NCBI GenBank assembly: GCA_045837725.1
Contig: JBEWZL010000101.1
Location: 434,001-498,000, forward strand
DNA: 64,000 nucleotides
Source: Vermamoeba vermiformis
Lineage: Eukaryota
Direction of reading: 5' to 3'
Part shown: piece by piece, positions 25,505 to 36,955 of the stretch
Numbering within the stretch: the stretch's first letter is position 1
Layout: every line of letters begins with the position of its first letter
Position numbers and translations under genes: made by a program
Notes under the pieces: generated by a model
The model's database searches: none
What the model was told of the DNA's origin: nothing
Seen by the model: only the letters and a program-made list of their open reading frames with translations

Positions 25505-28334
25505 ATGGTAATTTTTATAACTAGCGCAAATTAATATCTAATTAAATAATATAGGAACAACCCCGACGCCAGCGTGCCCTTCCCGACGTAAGAAGATCCG
25601 AATTTATTTTCATTATTTTTGAAAACTCAAGTTGCCCAAACAGGACACCATACCCCCAGAGGACCTGGCCGCTTGCGTCTTCTCCTACCTAGTTTACGAA
25701 GCCAGAGATGAGAGTGCTGTTCCTGGGATAACACCCGAGGAACGTTTGACGAGGGTGCTGCTCGATCCAAACGTGAAGAGGTTTATCGGAGCCAATTGGA
25801 CCGTTATGCACGCAATTCCAGAAGCCGCGATATTCAGGAACACGACTGGTCTGGCCTATCTCGCTGTGTGTGGTCAATCGAGCTGGGCTGCACTCTCCAA
25901 CTCTGCAGCTGGTAACAGACCAGCGCTGTTACAACGCTACGTGGAAACCGTCAAAAAGCAGCTCGCCACATTCCTCAAAACCTTAGCTGATGAGAACTAC
26001 ACTACTATATTAACTGGACATTTCGTCAGCGGTACCGTTGCTGTAGAGTTGTCTGGAGGCATCTATCATGTTCGCACATTTGGTTCCGTCGAGATTGGAC
26101 CTGGCGCGGAGCTGGATCAACATTTGGTTCGCCATTACCGACTGCAAGGTGACAGCCTGTCACAACGCAATGCACCTCGCTACAACGTCAAGACAATGCG
26201 TTACCAAGGAACCCCAGAAGAAGCTCGCAGCATCGCCAACATCTTGCTTGCAATGACCGGAAGTCTTATCGGATACGACCCGAGAACACTGGACGACGGT
26301 CTTGACCTTGAAGGTCTTAAAAGCTGGTTTGAGCGGAATTACCCACTGGCTGTTTTCAACAGTGATGATGAAGATACCAACGAAGACAATGTACCTAGCG
26401 ATGAAGATGAAAAGTCGTCTGAATCTGATGAAGGCTCTTCAGATGAATTAGCGCGACGGTTCATGCGAAACAAACGGCCAGCCAATCCCCGAAATTTAGT
26501 TTGGGCGAGAAGATTCCGGTTGATGGGAAAAACCCGAACACTAACAATAATCACGAAGCCACGAAATGGCATGGCTGGCCTTTTCATTGACGACACGACT
26601 ACTACTGCCACATCAACTACGCGTAACGGAACTACGACAGAAACTGTCCAAAGAACCAGTTCTTTGAATGCTGGTGCAGAACGTGGTCTAGGTATGTCGT
26701 TTTTGACTATAATAAGCACTTCACTGACCTATTTTCGTAGGCATTGGTATTTACGAGACTTTGCAGCTGATATCTGACAGCTATTCGCGGATCCAAGAAG
26801 GAAAAAAAATTGACTCAAAGTTCTTGGGTGGCCGCATTGTTAAACTTCTGACCGATATTGGCGAAGGCTATTTGTCCGCTCAGGCCGGTGAGATCATTGC
26901 CGCTGGAGGTCAACTTCATGAAGCACTTCCTCAAGCTGTTTGGGCCATGTCGATCGCGTACTTGGTGCGAAATGGCTACAACATCATGACGATGTCCTCA
27001 GCCCAAAGAAAGAAGAAATGGGCGAATCTGAAAATGTCCGATGTCCTTGCCTCCTCAATTACCGCTACAGCCTCAATCGCACGCACTGGCTTGCAGTTAG
27101 CGCTCGTTGGTTTGAAGAACGGATACGCTGGGCCTGCTATGTTCGGTGCCGACCTCGTTGTCAATTCTGTATTCCAACTGGCTTCGACGTTAGTGCAACA
27201 TGGCTTGGACTCAAAGGAGCTCTCTGCATGTGCCAAAGCAATCGTGAAGTCCTCGATCACTGCCGGTGCTGGTGTTTTGGCCTCTATTGGCACAGCTAAA
27301 GCGATGGTGTATCTCTTTGGATCAGCGACAACTGTGGGAATGAGCGTTTTGACCGTCGGATTGGGTGCCGTCGCCTTCTTTGCTGCAAAAACGCTATGCG
27401 AGAGGTACCTTTGGGGAAGCACGAAGAAGAGGATAAAACGAAGAAAGAAGAGCAAGATTATCATCAATTGTTGAGGAAATACAATCTACCGGTTAATGCT
27501 ACTCTCGATCAAATCAAGAAAAAGTACAGAAAATTAGCGTTGGAATTGCACCCTGATCGCGGCGGCTCAGCTGAAGACTTCAAACAACTTGGCGAAGACA
27601 TAGACAAACTTACAACTCTGTTCTTGTTGTTTCAAAGTCGAAACCAGAAAAAAGACGCTGGCCTATTCTCGCTCTTGCAACGTGGTGTTGAGTCACTTCA
27701 ATCGCTCATCCGACATTTTTTGAACCCAAAGGCTCCTGTCAGCGCACAAGAAGTAGAAGAGCAACTCAGCCAATTTGATGACAATCAGCCAAATGTCATG
27801 CAAGTCGAGCCACGTGCACGACAGCGCATCGATGAGGCAATGGACAACGTCGGAAGTTCCTTTTTTGAGTTATTTCCAGGAGATTTACTACAATACGCCG
27901 CTCGGTTTACTGCGGAAGGATACGGCAACGAACAATACTTGTTGGCTATTTGCAATGACGAAGCAGCGTTGCAACGCATTTTCCAAGTTTGTGGTGTCAC
28001 TCTTCCAGGACACCAAGATCGAATCAAGCATGCCCTTCGAGAGCTCAAAAACCAACGAGAACAGGCGCTACGAACAGCTATTGTTCCTATACAACATCAA
28101 CATAGTCCACAAACGAACACAAATGCACAACCTACCAACTCTCGCATGAACGGTGTTACTCGAGAACAAAGCCAACTTTCAGTTCGTCAAGCTACAGCGG
28201 AAGAAATACTCTTGGCGTTGCCTTATTATTCGTTGGAACAATGCATGGAGGCACTAGAAATTCATTACGATAATATGGATCTTGCTATTAATTGGCTCCT
28301 TGATCAGCAAGGCGAAGCAGATTACTTTATTTAA
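25505..28334 (+). CDS. Multidomain protein: degenerate class-3 lipase-like fold, acidic linker, hydrophobic helical region, J-domain, SAM, UBA-like (one frameshift near 27410-27470)
   Basis: ILTGHFVSGTVA..VRTFGS; IKKKYRKLALELHPDRGG; LLQYAARFTAEGY..GVTLPGHQDRIKHAL; YSLEQCMEALEIHYDNMDLAINWLL; introns begin at 25508, 25588 and 26692. Confidence 0.7.
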
Positions 28335-29593
28335 TTAAATGGATAATAAGGAGGAACGAATGAATCTTCATTTTTGCGACTAATTAGCGACAACAAGCCC
28401 GGCTTGCTTTTCTCGCTAACCAACGCTATGCTCCCTTCTATTAGGCGAGTCAGCGTAAGTTGTACAATACCAGTGTAAAAAAGTAGTTTTTTTTCTTGTA
28501 ATGAGCCTTCAACTCTACTAATTTGAACGGAGGCTTGGGGGACGGACCAAACTTGGTAAGGAACATTAGATCCGATGTGCTTTTTCACCGTCAACTCATT
28601 TCCAAGAACGCAGTCAACTTCGTAACGCAGCAATACCCTATATAAATTTATCAGTCATTAAACGAACAAATGTTGCATCGTACTTTCTCTCGCCAAACTT
28701 GAACTCGCTGATAAAGTAGTCGGATGTACTTTCAAAGTTGTTCGTACAGTGATTCTCGAAAGACGTCCTAGCAAGAATTAATTACACTAGTTTATTGAAT
28801 ATTGCGCTCACTTACGCTACGCCTTTGTTGGGGTTGAAACGAAAGTCGGCACGTCGCATTAAAAGGCAATTTTCGTACTTCTCGAAGTCAATTTGAAGAA
28901 CTCTATTCACTCCAGTAGCCCATTCAAATAGCTGACGCAAGCCGCTACGGTCCGTTATCAAATCATAGTTGTTGATCTGGGATCCACGTGTCATTAGAAA
29001 TTTCGAAGAGTGTTCGCAAAGGTACTTACGTCGAAGTTGTTTATCGATTCATGAAGCGCTATGAGCATCGCTTCGAAAGGATATTGAAAGAATTTGTGCG
29101 AGTAGTCCGGATTCGCAGATCGGGTAAGTTTTGTTGATAGAGAAAACGGCACTTGAGGCTTAGTGTAAATTCCCTAACGAAAAAATTAGGACTAATAATA
29201 TTTGAATACATTGTTGATACTCACAGGTTTGGCTGGAACGATCATTGAAGGATCTGCTCCGTAAAAATTTACTGAATAAGATGACACTTGCACTGGATCA
29301 TGCGTCGATAATTCAAATTTGATTGTATCGACTGCCAAATCTGTGACTTTAAATTGATTGAGTATCTCTTTGGGTTGCGATTGCGTCGGAGTTAGTTTAG
29401 AAACCGAATCTACTCCAACACTCTCGCGATCGGTAGCTGGCGGTGCCTTATTTGGTGATTTTTTGCTTCTATTTTTTTTAGCAGCCACTTGTCGTCCATT
29501 ATTGGAGGTCTTTGTGCTTGTTTTTGAATTCTCTCGTGCGCGAGACTTGTTCTTTCTGATGTTGCGGGTTGTTGTTTTGTTCGCCTGTTCCAT
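28331..29593 (-). CDS. DXO/Rai1-like (decapping nuclease fold) protein, apparently degenerate
   Basis: Spliced: SSYSVN..MIVPAKP, YPFEAML, YDLITDRSGLRQL, TSFENHCT, VLLRYEVDC, matching the order of Rai1-like motifs; no clear ELK motif afterwards. Confidence 0.55.
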
Positions 29594-29709
29594 CTCGTTA
29601 ATTGTTGTTTAAGAAAGCGAAAAGTACTTCTAAATCAGAATCTTTAAAATTGAATTATTTAAATTCTTTCAGACACGCCGTGCGCTTACGAGATCGAAAT
29701 TTCCATCGA

Positions 29710-30210
29710 TATGGTTTTAGCACCAATTTTATCGCCATTTGACTCGATATTATATATATTAGTACTGCATGATTGCAACAAGTTAATTGCTATTTTACTT
29801 TGAAGAATAGTCCGGACTTTTAGATCTGGGCAACGTTATTGAATGCAGAAGGTACAATCAAAAATACCTGGTGTGATCGTTGAAAAATACGAAGATAATA
29901 TTCAAGCAGAAAGTGCAGGGAATTTGTTACAGACGAACAAATCCGCGTTAATCCGCTCGCAGCGATATTTTGCAAATTATCGTGAACAAAATTTGTCCTG
30001 ATTAGTAGAGCTTGCCAGGTAATTTTTAAATTCAATTCATAATGATTTAATTATTTTTTTCAAATAATTTTGCTTTCTTCGGTTGAACGCTCAAGTCGAC
30101 TTACAACTAATGGCTCTATACCAGATTATTCTTAGTCTCCAAATTCTTGGCGCTGTTCAAATTGCTTCACGTAAAGCTGGATTTACGACGTGCCAAGGTT
30201 TACGACTTAC
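29710..30210 (+). pseudogene. Decayed copy of the 5' end of the F-box/LRR gene at 34780-35310
   Basis: Colinear similarity including intron 1 (e.g. TTGGCGCTGTTCAAATTG.TTCACGTAAAGCTGGATTTACGACG); ATG lost and indels present. Confidence 0.85.
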
Positions 30211-30397
30211 ATCCGAGATCTCAATGACGTAAATTCCTTAGTCCAACAACTACAAAATGTAATGATAGGTCGTGGTGTTGTCAACATTACGAACGGTCGT
30301 TTCGATTTGACCAACCAAAAATTTTATTTGCCCACCAAACGTGCGAGATCATCAACACAACGGTTTTTTCACTAATTAACGACGCAACAAGAAAGCG

Positions 30398-33300
30398 ATG
30401 TTGCGTTTACATTGCCTAAAGTTACTTGCAAAGTCAAGGTCACAAAAATACTCCTCCGTGCCCAATCCAGCTGGTAGGCAAATCTGCAAAACAGGAGAAC
30501 CTAACGTTATTAATTAATTACTCTCTATTACTATAGGAAAAATATCGCGTGCACTTCGTACAAGTAAACGGAGCTCTTTAGTTTTGGGCACTGCAAATTT
30601 TGAATCCGTTTCGAAAACTAAATCGTCCGATTGCTTAACACGTAAGAACGATCAAACTGATATTTTTCTTCTCAATGAACGATATTTATTTTAAAATTAA
30701 TAACGGTAATTTAGAAAAACGAGAAGTTTGGAAGATCCGTCGCTACTCTTCGAGCAGCAGTGATGAAGAATCGCGTAATAACCATTAATATGTAACAAAA
30801 TACTACCAGTGTGCTATATATCGTCAGATGCACAAGAAATTTTTTAATATGACCCTTATAATATTTTAATATCAAATAGTTGTTTTAAATTGGGTTCGGG
30901 ACAACCTTTTGAAGGTCCCAAAAAGTTAGGTGCGGGAGGAAAAGAGCTGCCCCGACTTTATGTTCGGGTAAAAACGGCTAGTTTTTTGGGCGGGAGCAAT
31001 ATATCGTCACTCGACCTATTCTCACCCCAAAACATCACCACAGAGGTTCCTGAGGTGTTTTTTGAGTAAATGAAACATAAATTATAATACGCCGTTGTCG
31101 CCTGCATTGGGCACCTCCACCAAAACAAGAACAGAATGAGTGTGAATGATGCGGATGTTGCATCTGTCAGTGCCAATGGTCGCAATTTCGTATAATTTAT
31201 AACAAAATATTATAGTATAATTATAGTATGTGTAAGATAATTGATGCTTTGATTTACACTGAAATTATTTTGGGTCAGCAATCAAAATTCAAAAAAATGG
31301 AAAAAAAAGACTGCTGAAATGTATGGTGGTCTTGAGTGACGATATATCGGCTCCGACGATATACAGCACACTGGTAGTAATGTGTATTAATAATTGCAGC
31401 AATCACTTGGTCTGCGGCACAGGTCGAATCTTGGCTGAGGCACACTTTCCGCGACCACGCCGGTCTTGACCTCTTCGCTTCGCTCGGTTATTCAGGCAGT
31501 CAATTATGTGCTATTTCAAGGAGCAATGATAACGCAGGGCTGCCTACAATAGCCGATCTAATTGATGTGCACCAAATACCCGATCCATTGGTTAGAGCTG
31601 TGTGTGGTGCTTTTTGGTCACTTCAAGCCAACCACGAAAAGATCCAGCCTTTTTATGAGGTCACTGAAGAGGCTATCAAAGAGAACGTCAGAACGATCTT
31701 CAAAGAAGTTAAGGAAACAATGGACAAATCTAACAGTCTGACATTTCAGCAAACACTTCAGCCCTTGCTTCAGAATCCTTTACCTCTCAAGACTGGTGAC
31801 AACTTTGTTGATTCATATTTTTCAAACGACCTTCTTGGAACTAAAAACTTCCAGTCATTTGTTGGTCATGTTGAGAATTCAACAGCAAGCTCAATTACAC
31901 AAGAGAAGTTTCTTGTTAATTTAGTTCAAGGTACGTCTGCAAAGATCAATCGAACACAATTATGCTAATTCTTCAAAGTTTCTGGTAGTGGCAAAACTCA
32001 CTATGCAATGCAGTATGCTCAAGAATATGGAGGTTTGGTTATCAGATTTGTTCGAGGTGCCCATGATAGGTTTTTGACTACAGCAAAGACTGTCTTGGAG
32101 CATGCATATGAGACAGATCTACTTATCTATAACACTGTGTCTACTTATGAAAAGGAGTTAGAATGGCTAGACTATGGAAAACAGGTCTTAGAACTGATAC
32201 CACTGACGTTCATTGAATATGCAAAGTATTTTTATGAGCAAGGTAAGTTAAACACTCTTGAGGATGATTTCTAACTGATTACAGCCACTGACTTGCCAAC
32301 GAATTCACAAAAACACACAGCATTTCAACGAGCAACAATGAAAGGTTCTGATTTAATATTGAACCTCTTCAAACAAAACCTCACAAAGAGATTCCCTCTC
32401 AAAAAACCTGGAGTCCATGCTCAGTATGCAAACTACAAAAAAGAAATATTGGAAACAGCTAAAAGCTTGGGCATTAAAGCATTCTTCTATGATGAAATAC
32501 ATCAACTGCAGGAACTACTTAAAGGCCTTTGGATTCACTATGCAAAATCTAACACCAGTGATGTGATTAAAGTCTGTGTAAGTACTTGTTTGAATGTAAC
32601 ATCCAAGTGTTTAATTGTATTACAGTTAGACAGATTGAAAAAAGAGCGTGTTGATCATGTTACTGACAAGGATGATCACTATCTCAAGCCAACTTCATTA
32701 CTTTACTTACAGGTCTTAGTAATGGAGGATTTGTGTAAAGATGAAGGCATTGCAGTAAGTTATTTTTGATAACTATCAGCAAAACACTAATGGTTGGGCA
32801 GCAAATTGGTATAACAACAAAATACTCTGCAACAACCTTGTCTAGCAAAGACACTTCTGGCCCAAGATACTCAAGAGACAGACTACAAGTTGAGGACTTT
32901 GTTTTGCAGCAACCTGCTAGTGCAGCTAAAGCTAGATTTTTGAAATTAACAACTAAAGCCTTTGGAAAGCAACTACAGTTAGCATTTAGAGCATATGATA
33001 AGGAACTTGGAGATCTTTCCTCTAGAGCTTTGTATCTATTTCCTCACATTACAGTAAGTCAGCTTACAATCAAGCAACCAACTTACAAACTTAGAATTTA
33101 ATGGATGCTGAACGTACATATGAGAAGCTGGCAAAAAAATTTATCAAAGAAGCAAAAGAGTATGCAACTAGGCAATCCTCCTCCTATCTTGAAAGCGCTT
33201 TGTCACATCGCAATTACCGACTGGTATGTTACAAACATCTCACTTTCTTGCTAATTAGCCCTGTAGACCATTAAACCTACTCTGCTCTACATTGCACTTG

Positions 33301-34284
33301 GTGGAAAGAGAATGGAATTGGATGCAACTGTTATGGAACATTTGGTAGATGCAGGCATTGCAAAGCTACAGACCCCTGTTGACAAACCCATCCTTTCAAA
33401 AGTTGAAAGAATAATGGATCCATTTATGATAGAAGCTATTCAGGCAGTACCAATAAGTAATCTAATTAAGGTAAAAAATTGCCCACTTAAGTTGCAATTA
33501 CTAAATTCAATAGGATTTTGCAGAGCAGCTCAGCATAACTCAGCTTACAAAAAATCAAGGACAAATTGGTGAGTTTGCATCTGCCCTAATGCTGAAAAAC
33601 TTTGCACTTGCAAATCAGCCCCTTGCTGAGTTGAATGACAAAATCAATTTAAGTGGAACAATTGCTTCATGGGTGGTACTTAATAGTTGGCTCATTGTCA
33701 AACAAAGAGAAGAGCTGGACATGACAGCAGACTATGAATTCTTCACCAAACGTCACCCAGATATCTACTTTGTTCCCAAAACTCAATTTGGCCCTGATGG
33801 CATTGCAGAGCTAAAAGTAGATGGAGCAAAGGTTGGCTACTTATTGGTGCATTGCAAAAATTGGGAGAGCTGTCTGAATATTGAGGGGGTTGAAGCAGCT
33901 TTGAAACCAATTAATCCAAACAACTTTTACTCAGATCTTAATGGCAGATCAAAAGCTAAAAAGGAATGGAAAGAAATTTTGTCTAAAATTGCAAAGTGCC
34001 AAAAATGGATTCGAGTAAGTTTTCGAGCAATGTTAGAAATGTAAGCTAATTTCTTGATGCAGTTAATTTTTGCCGGTGGATTCACAGACCAAGCTGTGAA
34101 GGCTGTTGCCGACTACAACAAGACTAAAACTGGAATGAGGTACCCAATCATACTTACAACCCCACTGAATCTACCCGAAAAAATCTATCTCACTAAAGAC
34201 GTGCAACCAATAACAATAGAGAAGCAGGAGGAAAAGCAATTTGATGATAGAGAACTGAAGAGAAAGTTTGGACTTCAGTTTTAA
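30398..34284 (+). CDS. Presequence + SAM + P-loop NTPase + PD-(D/E)xK nuclease (Crinkler/CR-effector-like), 12 exons, apparently intact
   Basis: MLRLHCLKLLAKSRSQK...KIRRYSSSS; WSAAQVESWL..FASLGYSGSQL (SAM); LVQVSGSGKT (Walker A); FFYDEIH (Walker B); GQIGEF..FVPKTQFGPDGI..LLVHCKNW (REase). Confidence 0.8.
30803..31377. mobile_element. Non-autonomous TIR element (MITE) flanked by TA, inside intron 3 of the 30398-34284 gene
   Basis: Left CTACCAGTGTGCTATATATCGTC, right GACGATATACAGCACACTGGTAG (one mismatch); TA on both sides; internal inverted motif ATATATCGTCACTC (~30999) vs GAGTGACGATATAT (~31334). Confidence 0.8.
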
Positions 34285-34870
34285 CGACTTACTCAATTCT
34301 ATTACGACTGCGCTTGTTTTCGGTGGACGGCAAACTTAACTTGATAATTCTGCAGCATGACTAAAATATATTAATATTATTAATAAACGAAGTATATTAA
34401 TTGTGAGTACGATTATTTTCGGCGACACGATGAACTGTAAAACAGATTTGAAATATTAAAATTTTTTATCTTAATTCTAATCGCTTTTTAAATGAATCAA
34501 ATGTGGATCGTGCATTGATATGGTACTTGATAATTATTAAAATTGTTTTCATACCTTTCAGGCTCCGTCTTTCGCACCACATCCCGAACATATAACGGGT
34601 AAGTCGTTTAGCGAGCGCATTAGCAATAAGTGGAGGGCTGCAACGATGAATATAATGACATACGTAACACAAATTTCTACGAGGTGTTTGCTCATTAGTA
34701 GTTGCAGAATAAAATAAAAGTCGTTTTTCAAATAACGTAACCCTACGAAATTTCATAAGGACCATGTGGAGCCGGCTGAATTTGGTTTTTTATTGCCATT
34801 TGATTTAGATTCGAAAACACGGTATTGATAATCGCCAGTTATTGTTATTTTGCTTTTACACAACGGCTAG

Positions 34871-36528
34871 ATGGGCAACATTATTGAAGCAGCTTCAAAC
34901 GTCTTCAAAAAGGAAGAAGAAATAGCGAACAATACTACTGAAAAATACGAAGGCAATAGCGACGTAGAAGATGCAGAGGAATTTGTGTTTACAGACGAGC
35001 TAATCCAAAGTAATCCGCTCTTGGGTCTTCCAAGCGATATTTTGCAAATAATCGTGAACGAAATTGACCCTGATTTATCTGAACTTGCCAGGTAATATTT
35101 AAAATATTCAAATCATAATTAATTTTTATTTATTTGGTTATTTTCAAATAATATTTGCTTTCTTCGGTTGACATGCTCTATAAATCAATCCTTACTAAAA
35201 CTAATGGCTTTATATCAGATTGTTCTTAGTCTCCAAATCATTCTTGGCGCTGTTCAAATTGGTTCACGTAAAGCTGGATTTACGACGGGCCAAGTTTTAC
35301 GACTCAGATTTGCAAAATCTCTTCGACTACCTGTCATTCGTGAGCTCATTAAGGTTCTCATACAAGGGCCGCATGGGCCACACCGCAACAATTACCCACG
35401 TCTCGTTAGAAAAAATGTTCAAGAAGTGGATTAACTTGGAACGAGTTGAATTGCGTGGTATTGCAGGATTTACGCCTGCCGTCGTCAAAAATATGAAATA
35501 TTTGACTAATTTAGTCTCGCTTGACGTAAAGTAAGTTATTTTCTTGAACCTTAATAATTTAAATCCGGTTTTGCTTTGTACCGGATCTTTGGAAACAACT
35601 AATAACTTTAGCATAATTGCTACTTAAAATTTTTTTTATATATCGACGGATTTACTTACGTTTGATTCGCAGAGGAGCGCACCTGAAAGATCTGCCGATC
35701 CTAGATTCGCTCAGCGCATGCACGGAACTTCGTGCGCTTAATTTGAAGAAAACTGGCTTTATTTTGACCGATCAAATACGAAGCTTGGTTAATTTACGCA
35801 CGTTGAAGTTGCCAATTTTAATGGACCCGAAAAGACCTCTCGAAGCGTTCAGTGCCTTGCTGGATCTGACCAACCTGCAAATATTACACATTGACGGTCA
35901 AACGTCGTACGATAATTACGTCACACCAATCGAATTCGGAGACACGGAGAACGGATCCGGTAAAACCACAATCTTTACAAGCCCACTCCATTTAATATCA
36001 CGCATGGTCCAACTGACCGAACTGTCCTTGCCCGCACTAGCACCGAATGAATTGATCAAAAATTTGACGACATTGACCAACTTGCGAGTACTGAAGATCC
36101 GTGGAAAGGAGCCAGATCTCGAACCTTTGTTCAGCCATGTGAGCCAACTACGAGCACTTACTATACAAGACTCGAAAATAGGCAACGAGCACTTAGTCCA
36201 CGTATCAAAGTTGCGCTACTTGCGATCACTGGATCTGACTCGCTGCAGTGACGTTACGTCAGTCGAACACGTAGATCTGCCTCGTGGCCTAACTTACTTA
36301 TCAATGGTGCAAACGAAGATCAACGACAGCACTCTCGAGTACATCTCTAAACAGTTGCCTGATCTCGTCAATCTCAACTTTCATTCGTGCGACAGCATCA
36401 CGGATGCAGGTGTGCGCGAGCTCGTGCATCTCACCAACTTGACGAGACTGTGCGTGCGCGCATATAACGCCAAACTGTCGCCGTACACTGCGTATCAATT
36501 CTTTCCGTGGAAGATCCAAATGTACTAG
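34871..36528 (+). CDS. F-box/LRR protein
   Basis: LLGLPSDILQIIVNEI..ARLFLVSKSF F-box; LRRs with LDLTRCSDVT and LNFHSCDSITDAGV. Confidence 0.88.
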
Positions 36529-36955
36529 ACAAGACTGCCAAGATCAGATCCGGGTGAATCACACAGTCTACGGAAAATCAGCCCAAGATCTGTAAGTTGT
36601 ATATATTGTATTATGATAACTTCTCGGCACCAATTATTACCAAAATCAGTACGATCATTTTTTTTTGAAACAATGAAAGATCCTGTCTTTAGATCTGTTT
36701 TGTTATGATGCTCGTATCTTCAGATCGAGTTGAACGACACCAATTTACAGCTTTTACGCGTTCATGAACAAAATGTTGATTTTGAAGCTTTACCACTGCT
36801 GTCAGTGCTGTCTCTGACACACGTCACAATCGAAACACCCAAACTTTTCTTCTTGTTTTTCTATTATTATTGCTCATTACTAGCATCACTACCACATCAA
36901 GTACTATTTACTTATTCTTAACGACTCTAATCTAACGTTCTTTTTGCCTTACAGG

